A stretch of 64,000 nt of DNA, from positions 36,086,001 through 36,150,000 of the forward strand of contig CM052816.1 of NCBI GenBank assembly GCA_028534125.1, given 5' to 3'. Shown in pieces: positions 1-13,787 of the stretch (positions within the stretch are counted from its first letter, which is position 1; the number at the start of each line of letters is the position of its first letter). Under the pieces are notes generated by a model. It was not told the origin of the DNA. It searched no databases and saw only the letters and a program-made list of their open reading frames with translations. Source of the stretch: Lama glama (Eukaryota). The translations under genes were made by a program, and so were the position numbers.

Positions 1-2094
1 GGCTTGTCACCTCCTTGGTAAAATTATATAGTGAACACACAAGACAGTAGTATAATTCTTTCTGTCATCAGAAACAGATTAATCAATAAGGAGCCCGAGG
101 CTTATGTCACCTGACCTGTATTTTTAAAATTCTTGTTTATAGATAAAATAAGCAAAATGCCTGCCTGTATTTGAGCAGCTGTATTTTTACCTATCACCCT
201 TGAATTTCATTTTTATGTCAGCTCGCTTCCTGGAAATTCATCACCTGCTGTGCGACCCTTATAATAATTCTGAACATTTGATAATGCCCCTCATCCATTT
301 GCAAAGTACCCCACAGATGAGGTTCTCCACTTGTAAACAATTCTCATCAATTCTAGCTAACTTAAAAAAGAATTATTTCCCTACTAAAGAGATTATTTCA
401 GCTGAAGACCTCAGGATGGACATAAACCAAGGCAGTGCTGGGGATCTAGAACAAAGAAATAAGCGGACAATTAGAATTATCTCATCAAGACCCAACCGTT
501 GGATTTTCTTGACTCTAAGATTTCTCCATTCATTGTGTTGCTCTTTGCAAATGTTAGTTTCTGACATCAAGTTTAAGTTTGGGAAATTCTGGGTTAAACA
601 AAAAATTTTTTTTCTCTATGAGACTTCTTAGGGCCTTAAATTTGATACCATGAATTGTAACTCTCCAAAGAGTGATACAGTATATATTGTTCACCAAACT
701 AATTACACTTTGGAACCTTGTTTTCATTGGAGCATCTTGAGGGGCCTGGCTTCCATGGGATAAGGATACATTATTTACAAAATACCATTGAGCTTTAAAA
801 TACACTAAGTATATACTTCTCCTAGTCATGAAAAATGTGACATACATTTAAATAGCATTCACCACCCAGCCCTGTGTATGTAGCTAACACAGCCAGACTT
901 GCTCTGTAGTGGAATCCACATCCTTGCCTCGAATCCTCTTTTAAGATGAACAACAAATACAGTTTAGTTGTTTCTTCCTTCAAGGATATGTGTGTTTGTA
1001 GTGAATCATGCCACTTAAATTCCTCTGGTTGTTCCTATGAGAGCTGTTTTAAATTTTAAAAACAACCTTTGTCACTTTTCTGGAGTCTTATTTTAAATGT
1101 GGATCCAAAACATGAAAACAACACTTTGATTCGATCTGCTAAGTAGACCAGTATAATGCATGTTCACTTTGCAGTCCGCTGTGGGTTTTGTTTCTCCTGA
1201 GATAATACCCGTGCTTTTAGTCTGCCTCTCTCCTGTCCGGTGTTTTGTGGTTTTTTTTTTTTTTTTTTTGAATTTCATTCTACTTTATGGACCATTTCAC
1301 ATGTTGTCTCGGAGGACTAGTTACCCCACCCAAATAGTTCTACTTATAAACATAGTCTCAATTCCATCCCACGTCCTTTATCAAGTCCTTTGATGAAAAT
1401 ATTAAGACCTCAAGAATGACTAAGCTGAGGGCTGGAGGAAGGGAGGCACTGATATGCCTTCAAGGTTGGTCCTGAACATTGATAATCCTATTTTTGCAGG
1501 GAATAACTAGCCACTTTTACACTCGCCAGTACACAGTAGTAATCTTGTCATCTACGAAAGGTCTTTTCCTATGTTGCCAACGTAGCTGCTTCAGGCATCC
1601 TCCCTGCTGTACCCTTGTGGGTCCTTCTCCCCCAGGGACCTGTGTGGAAGGTGCCCCTGGTGCTTTGAGTCATTAGGTTCTGCTTGCTAGGCTGAAAGTG
1701 TCCCCAAATCCTCGATATCTTGAGAAGCTTTTCTAGGATACAGGTATATAGGGTCACTTCCTACACCGGTGATCCCAAAATGAAAGGTGCAGCACGGTCC
1801 CTACCTCCGTGAGTTCAGCTCCGAGGGTGAGCACGGAATATGCATTCAGTAAATGCTTTTTAACTGCCTTGTGTCTGGTACTCCCCTCAGACTAGTAAGA
1901 GTATCTAGATGGCCAAAAGGCCCCAATGGAACCTGCCCCCTTGGAAGCTTTTAATGTCTCTATGCCCAAGTTTTATGTAGAATTTAGCTCCTTGGATTAG
2001 ATCCTTTGATTCAGAGTTGATGCAAGCACCCATCCCATCCCATACAGAGCCTCCAACCTCCATCTGTCAAGTCTTCCTTTAGAACCCTGATGAC

Positions 2095-2220
2095 AGTTTC
2101 AAAGTTTGTACCATACTCTCGAAAATGTAGGGTCCTGAGGGCAGGCAGGGACTGTTTATCTTCTTTCTTATTGTAGACATAGTGGCACAGGGAACGGAAG
2201 GATGGATGGATGAAGAATAA
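2095..2220 (+). mobile_element. Degenerate L2 3'-end fragment
   Basis: tgtagggtcctgagggcaggcagggactgtttatct...gtggcacag...ggatggatggatgaa resembles the L2 3' terminus. Confidence 0.5.
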
Positions 2221-4171
2221 CAATGTACCTCTGTGAGAGTTCAGGGGATTCACCCAGAGCCCACCAAGGCTTTGACAGTGAGGATTCCTGCTTTGTAGAA
2301 TGTGTGATCGGTGCAGGTTTTTAAAAAAACTAAGACACACCCTGAAAAGTATTTTTTAAATTCTGCTTTCTATTCTAGAGGAAGTGTTCAGCTGTATTGA
2401 GGTCAAAAGAAATAATTAATGTTGACTTTATCCCCTTGAGGAAACTCAGGTCTGTATCATTTTAAACAAGTGTGACATATGAAAATTAGGATTTTACAAA
2501 AGATATGTTACAGAGTGATCATTCCATTGACAGAAATGGAATTCTTCTCAATAGCCGTTGAGCATTTTTTAAATGATTTCAATTTCCAAAAATCCAGTTT
2601 ACGTAGACTTTTCGGGATCAAATTGGTTGGAAGGAGCAGAAGGAGTTGAAAACTTTGAAGAGACAGCTGTAGGAATGTGAGGAACATTTCTTTGAGAGCG
2701 GGACAAAATTCTAGATGCCCAGTGATTGAGAGAAAACTTCATAAACCTCTTCCTTAGTAAGATGGTGGCAGAGCGGGAGGGGCGTGTGTGCTGGATGGCC
2801 GCGGCCGGGTTTGTGTAGGTGTCACGCCGGCTGCAGGTGCACACGTTCATACAGTTTTGTGCTGTGCAGAGAGTAGAGGCTGCTGGCTACTTATGAGAAG
2901 TAACAGTTCTGTGACTTCATTAGCTTTTCAAATTAGTATCACAGACAGCTCCCACTTTTCACCACCGTGCTTCCTGGAAATAGAATCATAAAGCAGAGTT
3001 GTAAAGTGCCTCCCATTTTCCTCCAGGAGTAATATCTTAATTGAGACTGTGTCTCTGACCATATATTTGAGAAAAAATAAATCAGAACTATGATCAACCC
3101 TCTGTCAGAGGCAAAGATGCAGTAGCTGTAACCTTCCACATTTATTCAAAATAGTAAAAATTATACTCTTTTCTATAACGGGGACATAAATGTATTACAC
3201 ACATTGATTTTACATGCACTCTGAAGGATATGTTCAGCAAATAAAAAGTTCAACTAAACTATTTCATAAATTTTAGCAGAACTAGCTATACTATAAGTTC
3301 ATTAAATATTTAATCCCTGATGATTTGGTTCTTTGTATGTAAGAGGAGCTTTGGGGATGGTTGCTTTGCCCTAGTTATGTCCAAGGTGGTTTGAGTGAAC
3401 GCTTTTTTCTCTTTTGATGAATGTTCCTGTGCCAGATCAGCCTGTTCAGTGTCCTTCTCCCAAGCAAGATGGACTTTGGCGGGCTACACGGCCTCTCTGA
3501 AATGCTAAAAGTAAAGCTCAGTTTCTTAAACGTGTACAATGAGGTGACTGAACTAGTTGGTCCCCAAGGTTCATGACCTTGAGTTTTGTGATTCAGTGAC
3601 TTGAGCTTGCTGGTGGAGGTAAGGATGTAAAAGTGCTCAGTTTAGCTGTTGGGATGGTGGTGATGAGATTTGCTTCCAGGTCCGCACCACCTCCTTATGC
3701 ACGTTCAGGCTAAGCAGGGCTGCCGCCACTCGGCACTGATCCAAATACAAGCTACCAGCGGAGACCTGCCCTCCTCCTTGGACTTGATACTAGGCTGATG
3801 TTTTGTTGTCACACCCTCACCCTTCACAAGAGTGCCGTGAAAAAAACATCCATCAGATTATTAGTAGAAGCTTTTTCAAAGGTACTTAAAAATCATTTTG
3901 CTTTATACAGATATGTTTTAGTGCATCTTAATTGAATATGGAGGAAGAAACCCCACTCTCTCTTGAAAAATAAGCCACCTACCTGTTCACAAGTACAGCA
4001 GCCTTAAGGGCCTGCTTACACTGTGGGAAGCTGACATGCCTGCTCAGTGACTGGCTTTTTTATTCTACTTTTTCTACTCCAGACCTGATTTTGTGGGCAT
4101 TTATGGTAGATCAGTGAGCAGACAAGCATTTTTTGAGGGTGACCTTGTCTTTCATTTTGTCCTTTCTTTCC

Positions 4172-4905
4172 GTCCTTCATTCAACAAATATTAATTGAGT
4201 GCATATTGCTGACCAGATATATTTTAGACTCTGTGAATACAGTAGAGAAAAAAATTGGCAAAAGCTCTGCTTTAATAGAACCTACATTCTAATGACGAGC
4301 CAGGGGGTGGGGAGGGGGATAAACAAGCAAAGAAATAAAGATGAAATATGTCAGGTAGTTGGTAAATGCTGTGATGAAAAAATAAAACAGAGTAAGGAGA
4401 TTAGAGACTGTAAAGGTAGGGAAATCACTATTTCCCATATATTTAATACATAATATATTAAAATATATTTATAGAGGGTCATCTATATATAAGGTTATCA
4501 GTGTAATTTCATATTATGTAATGATATGTTTATATAATTATATAGGGGTGATAGAAAGTGAGTGATCAGGAAAGGGCTTTCTAATAGGTAACACCTGAGG
4601 AGGGACCTAAACGAGTAGAGGAAGCAAGCCATGAGTTTGTCTGGCAAAAGGGCTTTCTGGGCAGAGGGAAGAAAAACCCCAAGGCCTGAGAAGAGTTGTG
4701 TGCCTATATTCCGCATGGCTGGGACAGGGTGGACGAGGGAGACCTCTGTGAACATGTGCAAGTGTGTGTGATGGATCAGAGGGCGGGGTCCTGGTGGACC
4801 ACGGTAAGGATACAGGATTTCACTCTGAGGGAGATGGGAGCCACTGGAGGGCTTTGAGCTGAGGAGTAACATCTGACTTGGGTTCTGCCAGGATCACCCT
4901 GGACT
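4172..4905 (-). mobile_element. LINE-2 (L2a-like) fragment with an AT-rich interruption at ~4430-4545
   Basis: Begins ttcattcaacaaatattaattgagtgc, the reverse complement of the L2 tail. Contains L2 motifs such as gggagccactggagggctttgagctgaggagtaacatctgact. Confidence 0.8.
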
Positions 4906-5829
4906 CTTCATTTGCCCACAGTAGAGCAGAATCCTTTGTTTCCCTGGTGGATGGGATCCTTTGGCTTCAGTCCATGAAGGGGAAGACTTTTTGAAAAATA
5001 GATGGTGCAGAAAAAATACTACATGAGCTGTTGAGTAGGGCAGTCATAGATCAGATACCTGCACTGCGAAGGAAAAAAGAAGAAATAGAAAGATACAAAG
5101 TCACCCTTAGCGCACCCTATTAATGACCTCATATCCTTATTGAATTTAAGGTAAAAATTAGTGACTCTGCTGCATGTTATTTTTCTGAGGCATCCGTAAA
5201 GCCCGTTGACCCTGTCTATGTGTGACCCCTCCCCCAGACAGAACCCTCTGTTTGGTTTTGGATAAGAGGAATTTCTGCTTTACATGTTAATTTTGGTTTC
5301 TGTGCTACAACATTGTCAGCTAATTTACGTCTCCTCTGGGCCCAGGCTAAGGCGCCACACGGGTGGGAGCAGGCAAGAGCTGCCCAAATCCCAGGGGATG
5401 CCGTGAGGTCAGAGACAGCAGTGCCAGGCTGAGAAGACTCTCCTCTCGTAGGCTGTGTGTACTAAGGACGCTGCCAATTTTCTGTTTTCTTTTGGAACAT
5501 TGGGTTACTGTGTTATTTCCTCTTTCCTCCTGCAGTGGTGCGTGTGGGTACTTAGGAGTGCATCAGTTACAGTCATACAGTATTAAAAGGCTTTTTCTTG
5601 ACATGCATTAGGAAATATGCAAAGGGCATGTGTCTGCAGCAAAACTCTCACTTGGTTTTTCTTACTGAAACCCATTGCGAATGCTTAACATTACACTGTC
5701 AAGTTCCACTGAGTTTTAACCTAGCCCCAGACTTTTTTGGAAGGACTTATAAGAGCCTCTGGGAAATTATGAAACAAATATTTGAAGTGGGGCTGTCATG
5801 AAGAAAAGTAGGATTTGTAAGCTGAGGTT

Positions 5830-6068
5830 GTACAGTTTTGGCATCAGAAAGACTTGGACTTGACTATCCGCCCTGCCATCCACTAGCTGTGTGTGTCGTC
5901 AGCGAGCTCCTTATCCCTCTGAGCCTCAGTTTCCTTGTCTCTAAAATGAGGATAATAATACCTGATTTGCAGAACTGTTCTGAGGATTAAATTTAATAAA
6001 CCTGGCACAGTGCCTGGTGCATAGAAATAGTAGATAAATGGTAGCTATTATAATAATAATATTATTAT
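5830..6068 (+). mobile_element. MIR SINE
   Basis: Core ctctgagcctcagtttccttgtctctaaaatgaggataataatacct and tail gcacagtgcctggtgcatag...tagctattat. Confidence 0.85.
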
Positions 6069-8412
6069 GCATCCTGAAATGAAGTTCCCTCCCACCAAGT
6101 TCCATATCAATTAAGAAATAATTTAATGTTTCTAATTTGTATTTGGTCAAGCTAAATAGAGAAAAAGAAACATTATGGGGAAATAATATTCTAGAGTAAT
6201 TGGTGCCAAAAGAATCCTAAAATAAAAATACAAGTCTTGTTATTAATCCCTTAAAGCAATCATTTGTGGCCATTCTGTGACAGATTTATTGACCACAGCA
6301 TTCATTTAGAAATGCGAACCTAATGAGAACTTGGCCATTAGTTGTGATAATGGTCTGTCATTCTGAGCTTGAACCACGTGTACTTATTTGGCCTCCCTTC
6401 AAAATAATAAATTATTTCAAACTCATTTCATTTCTTGAAAAATGTCCCTATGATTTAGATCATGCTTGGGATTGTATGAGTATTCCTATAATCCATCATC
6501 CAAAATAAACTATATGACTCTGGGCTGTTTCAAGATTGAGAAACTTCAAACATTTTTTCAGAAATTGCATGAAGGGTTACAGAAGTTTCTCAAGCCTCTG
6601 ATTTATCTTTTTATGCCTATGTTTGATTGTTATTCTGTATTCAGGTTTATTTTCCTTTTAAAATAGCTCTGCGCAAAGAGAATATACTGCTAAATACTAT
6701 TCCAGGCGAATGTTTGCAGATGCAAATGACTTCTATTTAAGGAGCCTGTGATTAAAACTTGAAAGAATGTGGCCCTAGAAAGCATGTGAATAACCTTTGA
6801 AAAAATCTCACAATGGAACTGAACATGGGATGTTTATAACCTAGGATTACAGCTGTGAGGGTGTGTGTGTGAACACACATGTTCAACATGCTACAGAGGA
6901 CCGCACGCTGAAACGTGTTAGTCTGATTCCACTTGAATTTAGATAAAGTAACTACTTTATTATCAAGAAACTGTAATGTGGAATCAACTAGAAGGAACTC
7001 GTGTTCCATTTGCCTGTGACAAGTGAGCCGGACAGTTTCCGCAATTTCATCTTTCTTCTAAAGACAAGATATCTTTCTGATAAGTTCTTCACTGGGCCAT
7101 TTCAATCTCTCATAGGTGCTTTGCGGCTCGAGTACATTTCATTTTCTTCACTTTCTGAGTGCTCACAGAGCAGGCTGCTAATAGTGAAGTCAGAAAAGCT
7201 GGGCTCATCGGCAGACGTGTTTTTTCATTCAGTCTATTTGTGCCCAGGGATGACCAGCTTTCAGGGTTCCTGTTCTCGAGACTAACCTCCTGGGGTCGCC
7301 TGAGAGAGCAGGACAAGCTGTGTGTCTCACTCTGGTGGGATCGTGTCTTTCACCCTCGGGTGCTGTTGGTGGTCCCGGCTCCCGGCCCGCATCTGGGTTC
7401 TGGAGAGCAGCCGGGTTCAGGCCCCGCTGAACAGGAGAACTAATGAACATGTCATGCGCGTTTCGAGTCTTCCAGGCCCTGGCACAGCTGTGGCCCTTTC
7501 CCCCCCTGCTGCGAGGCACAGCACGCTGGCCATTTGTTGGCAAGTTCATATTTCACACTGCAGGGAATTGAAATGATTGAACAGACAGAAGAAGAGGTTT
7601 ATTTGCAGTAGCCTGCGTATCCCCAGACTCTGATTTGGCATAAAACATCTGCTTCCTGATCTGCTTCAAGGCCAGTTCCTTTCCTCCGACAAAGGTTACG
7701 ACTTCAGGCAAGCTGTGCTTCCACTGGCAGGAGGAAATTTGCCCGAAGACTTGATTTAGTCGGAATCAAAGCATCCTGCCACAGAATTTCTTTTTTCAAT
7801 TATCTCTGAAGAGGCAGCCAGACTGTAAATGTAGCGGTGTAATAAATGTAATGAAATAAGGCAGACACTCCTTTCCCCCCACCCCCGCTGCTATCAAGGG
7901 GAGGTCCATACGCAGTTGGGAGTCCACGCCCGCGAGCCCGGGAGACTTACCTGGCTACCTGTCAGCACGTGTGTCTCGGCAACAGCACATTGTGGGGATG
8001 TCCCTTGGACGTGTTTTGGCTCATTGGCGTGAGAAACAAGCGCATGCATTGGTTTCACCTGCAATGTTTACATCTTTCTGATTATAAAAGCAAATCGGCA
8101 TGATGCTGAATGTAATGATTACTATTTTTCATGGTGAGGAAGCTTCATATAGCCTTCGTTTTGTGGTATGGTCCTAATTACTAATTATGTTTACCCTCAT
8201 GATTTTGTTGTGCAGAGTCATATGTTTTGTTCAAGACAGCCCTTGCTAGCCTTAAAGACATATATACAAAATTAAACCCTGGCATTTTATTATGTTCAAG
8301 CAATTAGATGCCATCCTCATAATGAGAAACATGACATCTTCATCGCTGCTCTCTGTATTTTCTTGTTGTTTTAATGCAGACATTTACCAGAATTGAATAC
8401 AGTCTTCCTCCT

Positions 8413-8456
8413 ACACACACACGACACACAACACACACACACACACACACACACAC
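8413..8456. repeat. Interrupted (CA)n microsatellite
   Basis: tacacacacacgacacacaacacacacac... seen directly. Confidence 0.9.
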
Positions 8457-9939
8457 CCTAATTGAATATCTGCATATCTCCAAGGAGTCCTGTGGGTGAA
8501 ACCATGTATTCATCTTCTTTAGTTCTTAGGCCACTTTGGTTTAAGAGTAAGAACTGGTGCTTTTATGAAGTGCCTTTTTCTATAAAGTCAAAACCTCACA
8601 GCAGTGCACAGAAAGCCGATGGTATAAAGGAGCTAAGTAGAGTCTTTAATAGAGAGAGCTGGGTTGTAAGTGTTTTTGTTCCTATGGAGCAGATAGATTT
8701 GGTTCCATCTGTTCCATATTCATAACAAAGGCGCGCACTTACAAGAGGGCCAACTTCCCCAGAGCCGCCTGGTAATGATCTTTTCACCAGAATGAAAGCA
8801 TCTCAGCCCGGTGGCGTGGCCCCGAGAAAAGCAGCTAGCAGGGTCGCCCTTCAGAACCCCGATTTCCTTGAAACTCAGGTTGACATAAATTTTCCCAGTA
8901 CGTAGAAGGAATGAAAAATAGACTGATTTCTCATCTCTCTGCAGCACTGTGCAGTTGGGAGGTTCAAAATGTGTGAGTTTTACCTCCCCTTTATGCAACC
9001 ACAAAACATTGGTAATTAAATAGTATGGGGGGAAGTTTGCACTTGAAGTATCACAGGGGAGAGGCTGTTCTTCAAACTTCTCAGTTGTTTCTATTCAGAC
9101 TTTTTAATCTTTTCAAAACTGAGGTTAATAGAAATATGAGTTATACCAAATAAGGAAAAACCCCTGTTGAGTTTTGTAATTAGCAAAACTTCAAAGCCAA
9201 TTTCAACCAAGATCTCTTAGATTAAAAAGATAAGTTGACCTAAGAGTACGTACTTTTTCTTCTACTAAGCTGAAGAAAAATAAAATGAATTTTTTTTGCT
9301 TAAAATGCCATGCTATATACAAAAAAAAAAAAGTCCTATTTATATGACATATGGAGTCAGCATCAAAATGTAAGTGATCCCTTAAAACTTAAATAGCACG
9401 TTGGTATTAATATCCTAGCTGTCTGATAAATGCTTGTGTTTATATGCTAGCTTCACAAGCTTCTTAAGAAATAGGAACATAATTTGAAGTATGCTTATCC
9501 TCTTCTCCATTCTGTGGACTTTTCAAATACTAGAAGCTTCTAAAAATACAGCATTGATTTATTAATATACTTCATATTAAAGTCATAACTGTAATGTATC
9601 AAGCCTTTATTGTCTATCTTGGTATCATCTCTGCATTATCTGCTTACTAAACTAGGCTTTCTGGCAAATCACACAGTAAACAAGTATCTTAAAAAGTTTG
9701 TTGCAGCAATACAGTGGGCAAAGTTTTCATCTAGCTACGAGATTGCTCTGCATTTTAGCAAGAGGAAATACAAAGGTAATACTCAAAGAGAGTGAAAAAC
9801 ATAACCGTTCAGTCAGTGAAGATTTCAACACCTTGGTCCCTTTGGTTATTTTTTGTAATGTAGGGACCTGAATATTTCTGGCTTATCCAGGAGGTGTATG
9901 CTCTTTTTATAGTTCCTAGTATAATTGGCAGTTAGAGAT

Positions 9940-10101
9940 TTGTTTGTTTCCTGGTTTATTGTCTGTATCCCAATTAAACTGTAAACTCCAGAAGCAGGAA
10001 CCATTTTTTAATACTCCACAGTGTTTCCAGAACCTGACATAGTGCTTGGTACAAAGCAGGCACACAAAAAATATTTTTGAAGGAATAAATAAATGAATGA
10101 A
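9940..10101 (+). mobile_element. L2 3'-end fragment
   Basis: actgtaaactccagaagcaggaacc...catagtgcttggtaca...aaatatttttgaaggaataaataaatgaatgaa. Confidence 0.75.
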
Positions 10102-13100
10102 GTATAAACTGAATAAGCCAGAAATAGTCAGGATAGTTTTTGTCTTTTTAGTTTCGATTTAAAATTTGACATTTAACTTACCAAGTAACAAGTTGAAGAA
10201 AATAATTCTTTAAATTTTCAAATTTTGCCTATTCCGATTAGTTTATACATCTTATTATGTTATATGTAAGATGGGTAGATTTAGGTATTTGGCTCCATTT
10301 ACAAACTTGGTTTAATTAAATTCCTTTAACCATTAAAGATTTAATATATTCTCTTTTCTTTTTAAGTACTTGAACTGACTATAAAACCTTCCCAAGTACT
10401 TAAGTAATTCTTACCATCATCATAATTTAAAGTTAAAAATAAGAGGTTTAAGCTCTCTTAAATGTTTTAAAACTGCATGTCAACCTAAAATTTCACTTAG
10501 TCACAAGTCTAAATCAATTGTTCCATTACATATTTTAAATTGGAATTACATGTCTGACCTGTTAATCTAAAAGGCCAAAGTTTTCGTACACTTTTAAGGG
10601 TTGTTAACGTTCCACATTCTCAGATGCTTTTTAACACAAAAATTACTAGCTCTGTGGTTTTGATTCTCTTAAAAATGCCTCTACTTAGTTTTTAAACTCA
10701 GCTGCGACTCAAGTAGAGTTACAGTCCCTACACACAACTTTGAGGGTACGCTCTCATGTAACGTTTGAGGTACCATACCTTGCCAGGGCTTTGAGGGTTT
10801 CAGCCAGGAGGGCTTGACTCTCACCTCCGATCACAATCATCCCAGCATCACTTTCCTATTCTTACTTAAGCAGCCTGTGGTCAGCTGGATTCTAGTGACA
10901 CCATGCCTTTATTCTCCTGTGCACTGGAGGGGCCTGCAGCCCCTACACAGGCTGATCATTTGATGAGATTCTGCATATCTTTGGCTCTAAAGATGCCCAC
11001 ATGTCTTATCTCTTAGACCACATACTCAAAAACATGAAAGTAATAACCTGCTTGCATCTTGTATGTCTCTCTGGGTTCTGGCTAGTAGGTCACGGTTTCC
11101 AATATCATTCCATAAGAAGGAGCCAGCAGAGAGGGCAGAGGAACCCTCTGGGACAAGGGATTTTTTTTTTTTTAATTCCTTAACTGTTCTCTTCACTTTT
11201 TTATTCTAAATGCTGAGTTGCAGTTTCTATTTAGGCAACAAATCACTTTGCAGCTATACAGATTTTTGTTACCTGTAGACCCCTCTTCAAATCTTTATTG
11301 AACACATGCTAAGAACAAAGCAGTGGGCTCCCCAGAGGGAGCCCCCAGGGGAACTCCTCACTCCAGCAGCAGAGATGCCATGTAACAGCCAGCTCCAGGA
11401 CAAAACAGGATATGGGGGATGTGCTATTAAGGGGTCAGAGACAGATCAGTGTAAGAACCCACAAGAAGGATTGTGTGTTGGAGAAATGGAGACATATCTC
11501 ACATGGCCAGAGGGAGCTGGGGTTTGAAGAGGCAAAGGGAAACCATGTGAGAAAAGGGAGACAGGGAGGTTCTGGGAGGAAAGATTGTTGGGACTAGCTA
11601 TTAATATGGATTAAAGGAGAGAAAAGAATAAGAGAGATAAAGAAAGAAACCGAGATTGGGGCGGATTATGCAAGACCCCGGCTGCTGCGCCGCAGGGTGA
11701 TGCCAACAGCAGTGCCCAGCCGTTAACTTTGCTGGGAACGGTCTCTGTGTGGAGACAACCAGGGCAGACCAGAACTCAGCCCCTATCATTCGCTTTGACT
11801 TGATGCATTCTGTCAACATAAATTCTCCATCGAGGAAAGTATGTTTTGGTGGGAAACAAAGTGTACCATCCTGGTACCCAAATAACTCCCTCCTTGGTAG
11901 AACCTGACGTTCACAGAGAGCATATTAATTTGCTCAGGCCTCTAGGGTTCCATTAGGAGCCCGCTGCCCAAACACACAGCTCCTCCTGCTACTGACTACG
12001 AAGAACAACCAAAGAAACAACTAATCTGTGTAAAGAGATACTTACCCAAATATGATGCAAAAGAATACAAGAGACAGGACCAGGACCTGCTGCCAGCAGC
12101 ACAGCACCCGCAGCAGGCGTGGGCAGGTGCCGCGTCTGCACCACCTCGGACTGGTTTTACTGGGGCTGTGGCTGTGGCTGTGGCACGGTTAGTCTGTGTG
12201 GCTGCAGCGGCCGTCTCGGTGCCCAGCCTGGTCGCTTCTCGGCAGGATTTATGTCCTCATCTTTGGCAGTGCCCCTCTACCATAATAGCATGCTCACACT
12301 CTGAAAATGGGTTGAAAAAAGACCTCACAGAATCTCAGCATGATTTTCAAGAGGGGCAGGGTCTTCCAGTGCCCTTTTCATAGTCTCTGAACTCTCACCC
12401 CAGCCTCTGTGCACATCCTCACATAAACCCCCTCGCCCTCCACCCACTACATACACAGAACTATGGTAGAATCCAGTTTTTCTAATTGAGGCTAGAAATA
12501 AAGGGGTTTTGTCCCTCTGGTTTTCCTTATGCCTCATAGCTTTTTACCACAACTACCCAGACCAGATCCCTCCTCCTTCTCCTGTAAATTTGCACTTAAA
12601 ACCAGAGACTGCTTGCAGAGGGAGCAATACAGACAGAGCTGATGGCATCAATCTGGGGAGCAGTGAAGTGATATTCGAGATCTGTAGGGATTTGTCACCT
12701 GAGTTTCCAAGTGCAATATAAAAGTTCACAGCCCCTCTAAAGTAGGTCATACTTCAGCTCTTCTTCTAGAGGGGAAGGCCCCCAGGGAAACTAGGTGGGT
12801 TAACCAGCTGGCTGAAAGGCACAGAGTCAGTCAGACTGGGTAAACCAGGGAAGTTCAGGCCACCATTGTACACACACTCAAACCACGAATCCATGTCCCT
12901 TCGAGGCCCTTCACCAAGGAGGACTGGGATGAAAGTGGGATGAAAGGTTCAAAGAAACTATTAACCTTTTTCTCGGGGTTTCTTTGAATTGTGTTGACTT
13001 GATGATTTCTTAGTAATTTACTGTCCTATATTGACAGTGACACTGTTCTGTTAATGCTGTACGAATGAGTAATGGGATTTGTGGCTGTCACTGCTTACCA

Positions 13101-13756
13101 GTTAACAGTCACCCCAATAGCATATTACATGGGTGACCCAAGGAGCCTGTGGTGAAATCATCACATACATAGTTCCTCTCTGGCATTTGAGGAATTCTGC
13201 ATTCATCTGAGTTGTCATCTCTGTTGTTACTACCTTTATTATGTGGCTTCGAGCTGAAGAAGTTTGTTAGTCATTCTGCCTGTTTTCTTTCGTCAGATTA
13301 TACTTATTTGGTAGAGCAGATGAAATTCACGAAAATCACCACAAACGAGAGATAAAGAAAGATCTGACCTTAATGGTCTGGGACATCATTTCAGTAGTAC
13401 AGCTTCAGGCAAACCCAGGTCTCAGAAAATAGTTAACAACACTAGTTTATAATGGGAAACTTTTTTTCCTAACCATTCAAAAATGTTCAGTGAATTTTTA
13501 AAAATAAAAAAATATCCAGTTAGGAACTTAACTCTGTTTCCTCGTGTTTAAAGGTTTTGTTAACAATTCAAATGATACCTAAGTGTTATTTTGCCCTCTG
13601 TGCCTATGTGGACTGGATTCCTTCAGTCGTATTGTAGAAAAAGAAGATAAAGTTTAGATTAAAAATCTGAGATTTAAGTTGACTTAAATTTTTCCTAAAG
13701 AGAATTAGAAATGCTTCTTATAGAGGATATTTTGAAACCATTCTCTGAAATCCAGG

Positions 13757-13787
13757 GTTTTTGTTTTTGTTTTTGTTTTTGTTTTTG
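13757..13787. repeat. (GTTTT/GTTTTT)n simple repeat
   Basis: gtttttgtttttgttttttgtttttgtttttg seen directly. Confidence 0.85.

Noticed and set aside
12100..12260. GC/CpG-richer patches (also ~7300-7530 and ~14470-14570) as CpG-island promoters
   Set aside because: They are too short and CpG-sparse for islands, with no associated exon or promoter structure.
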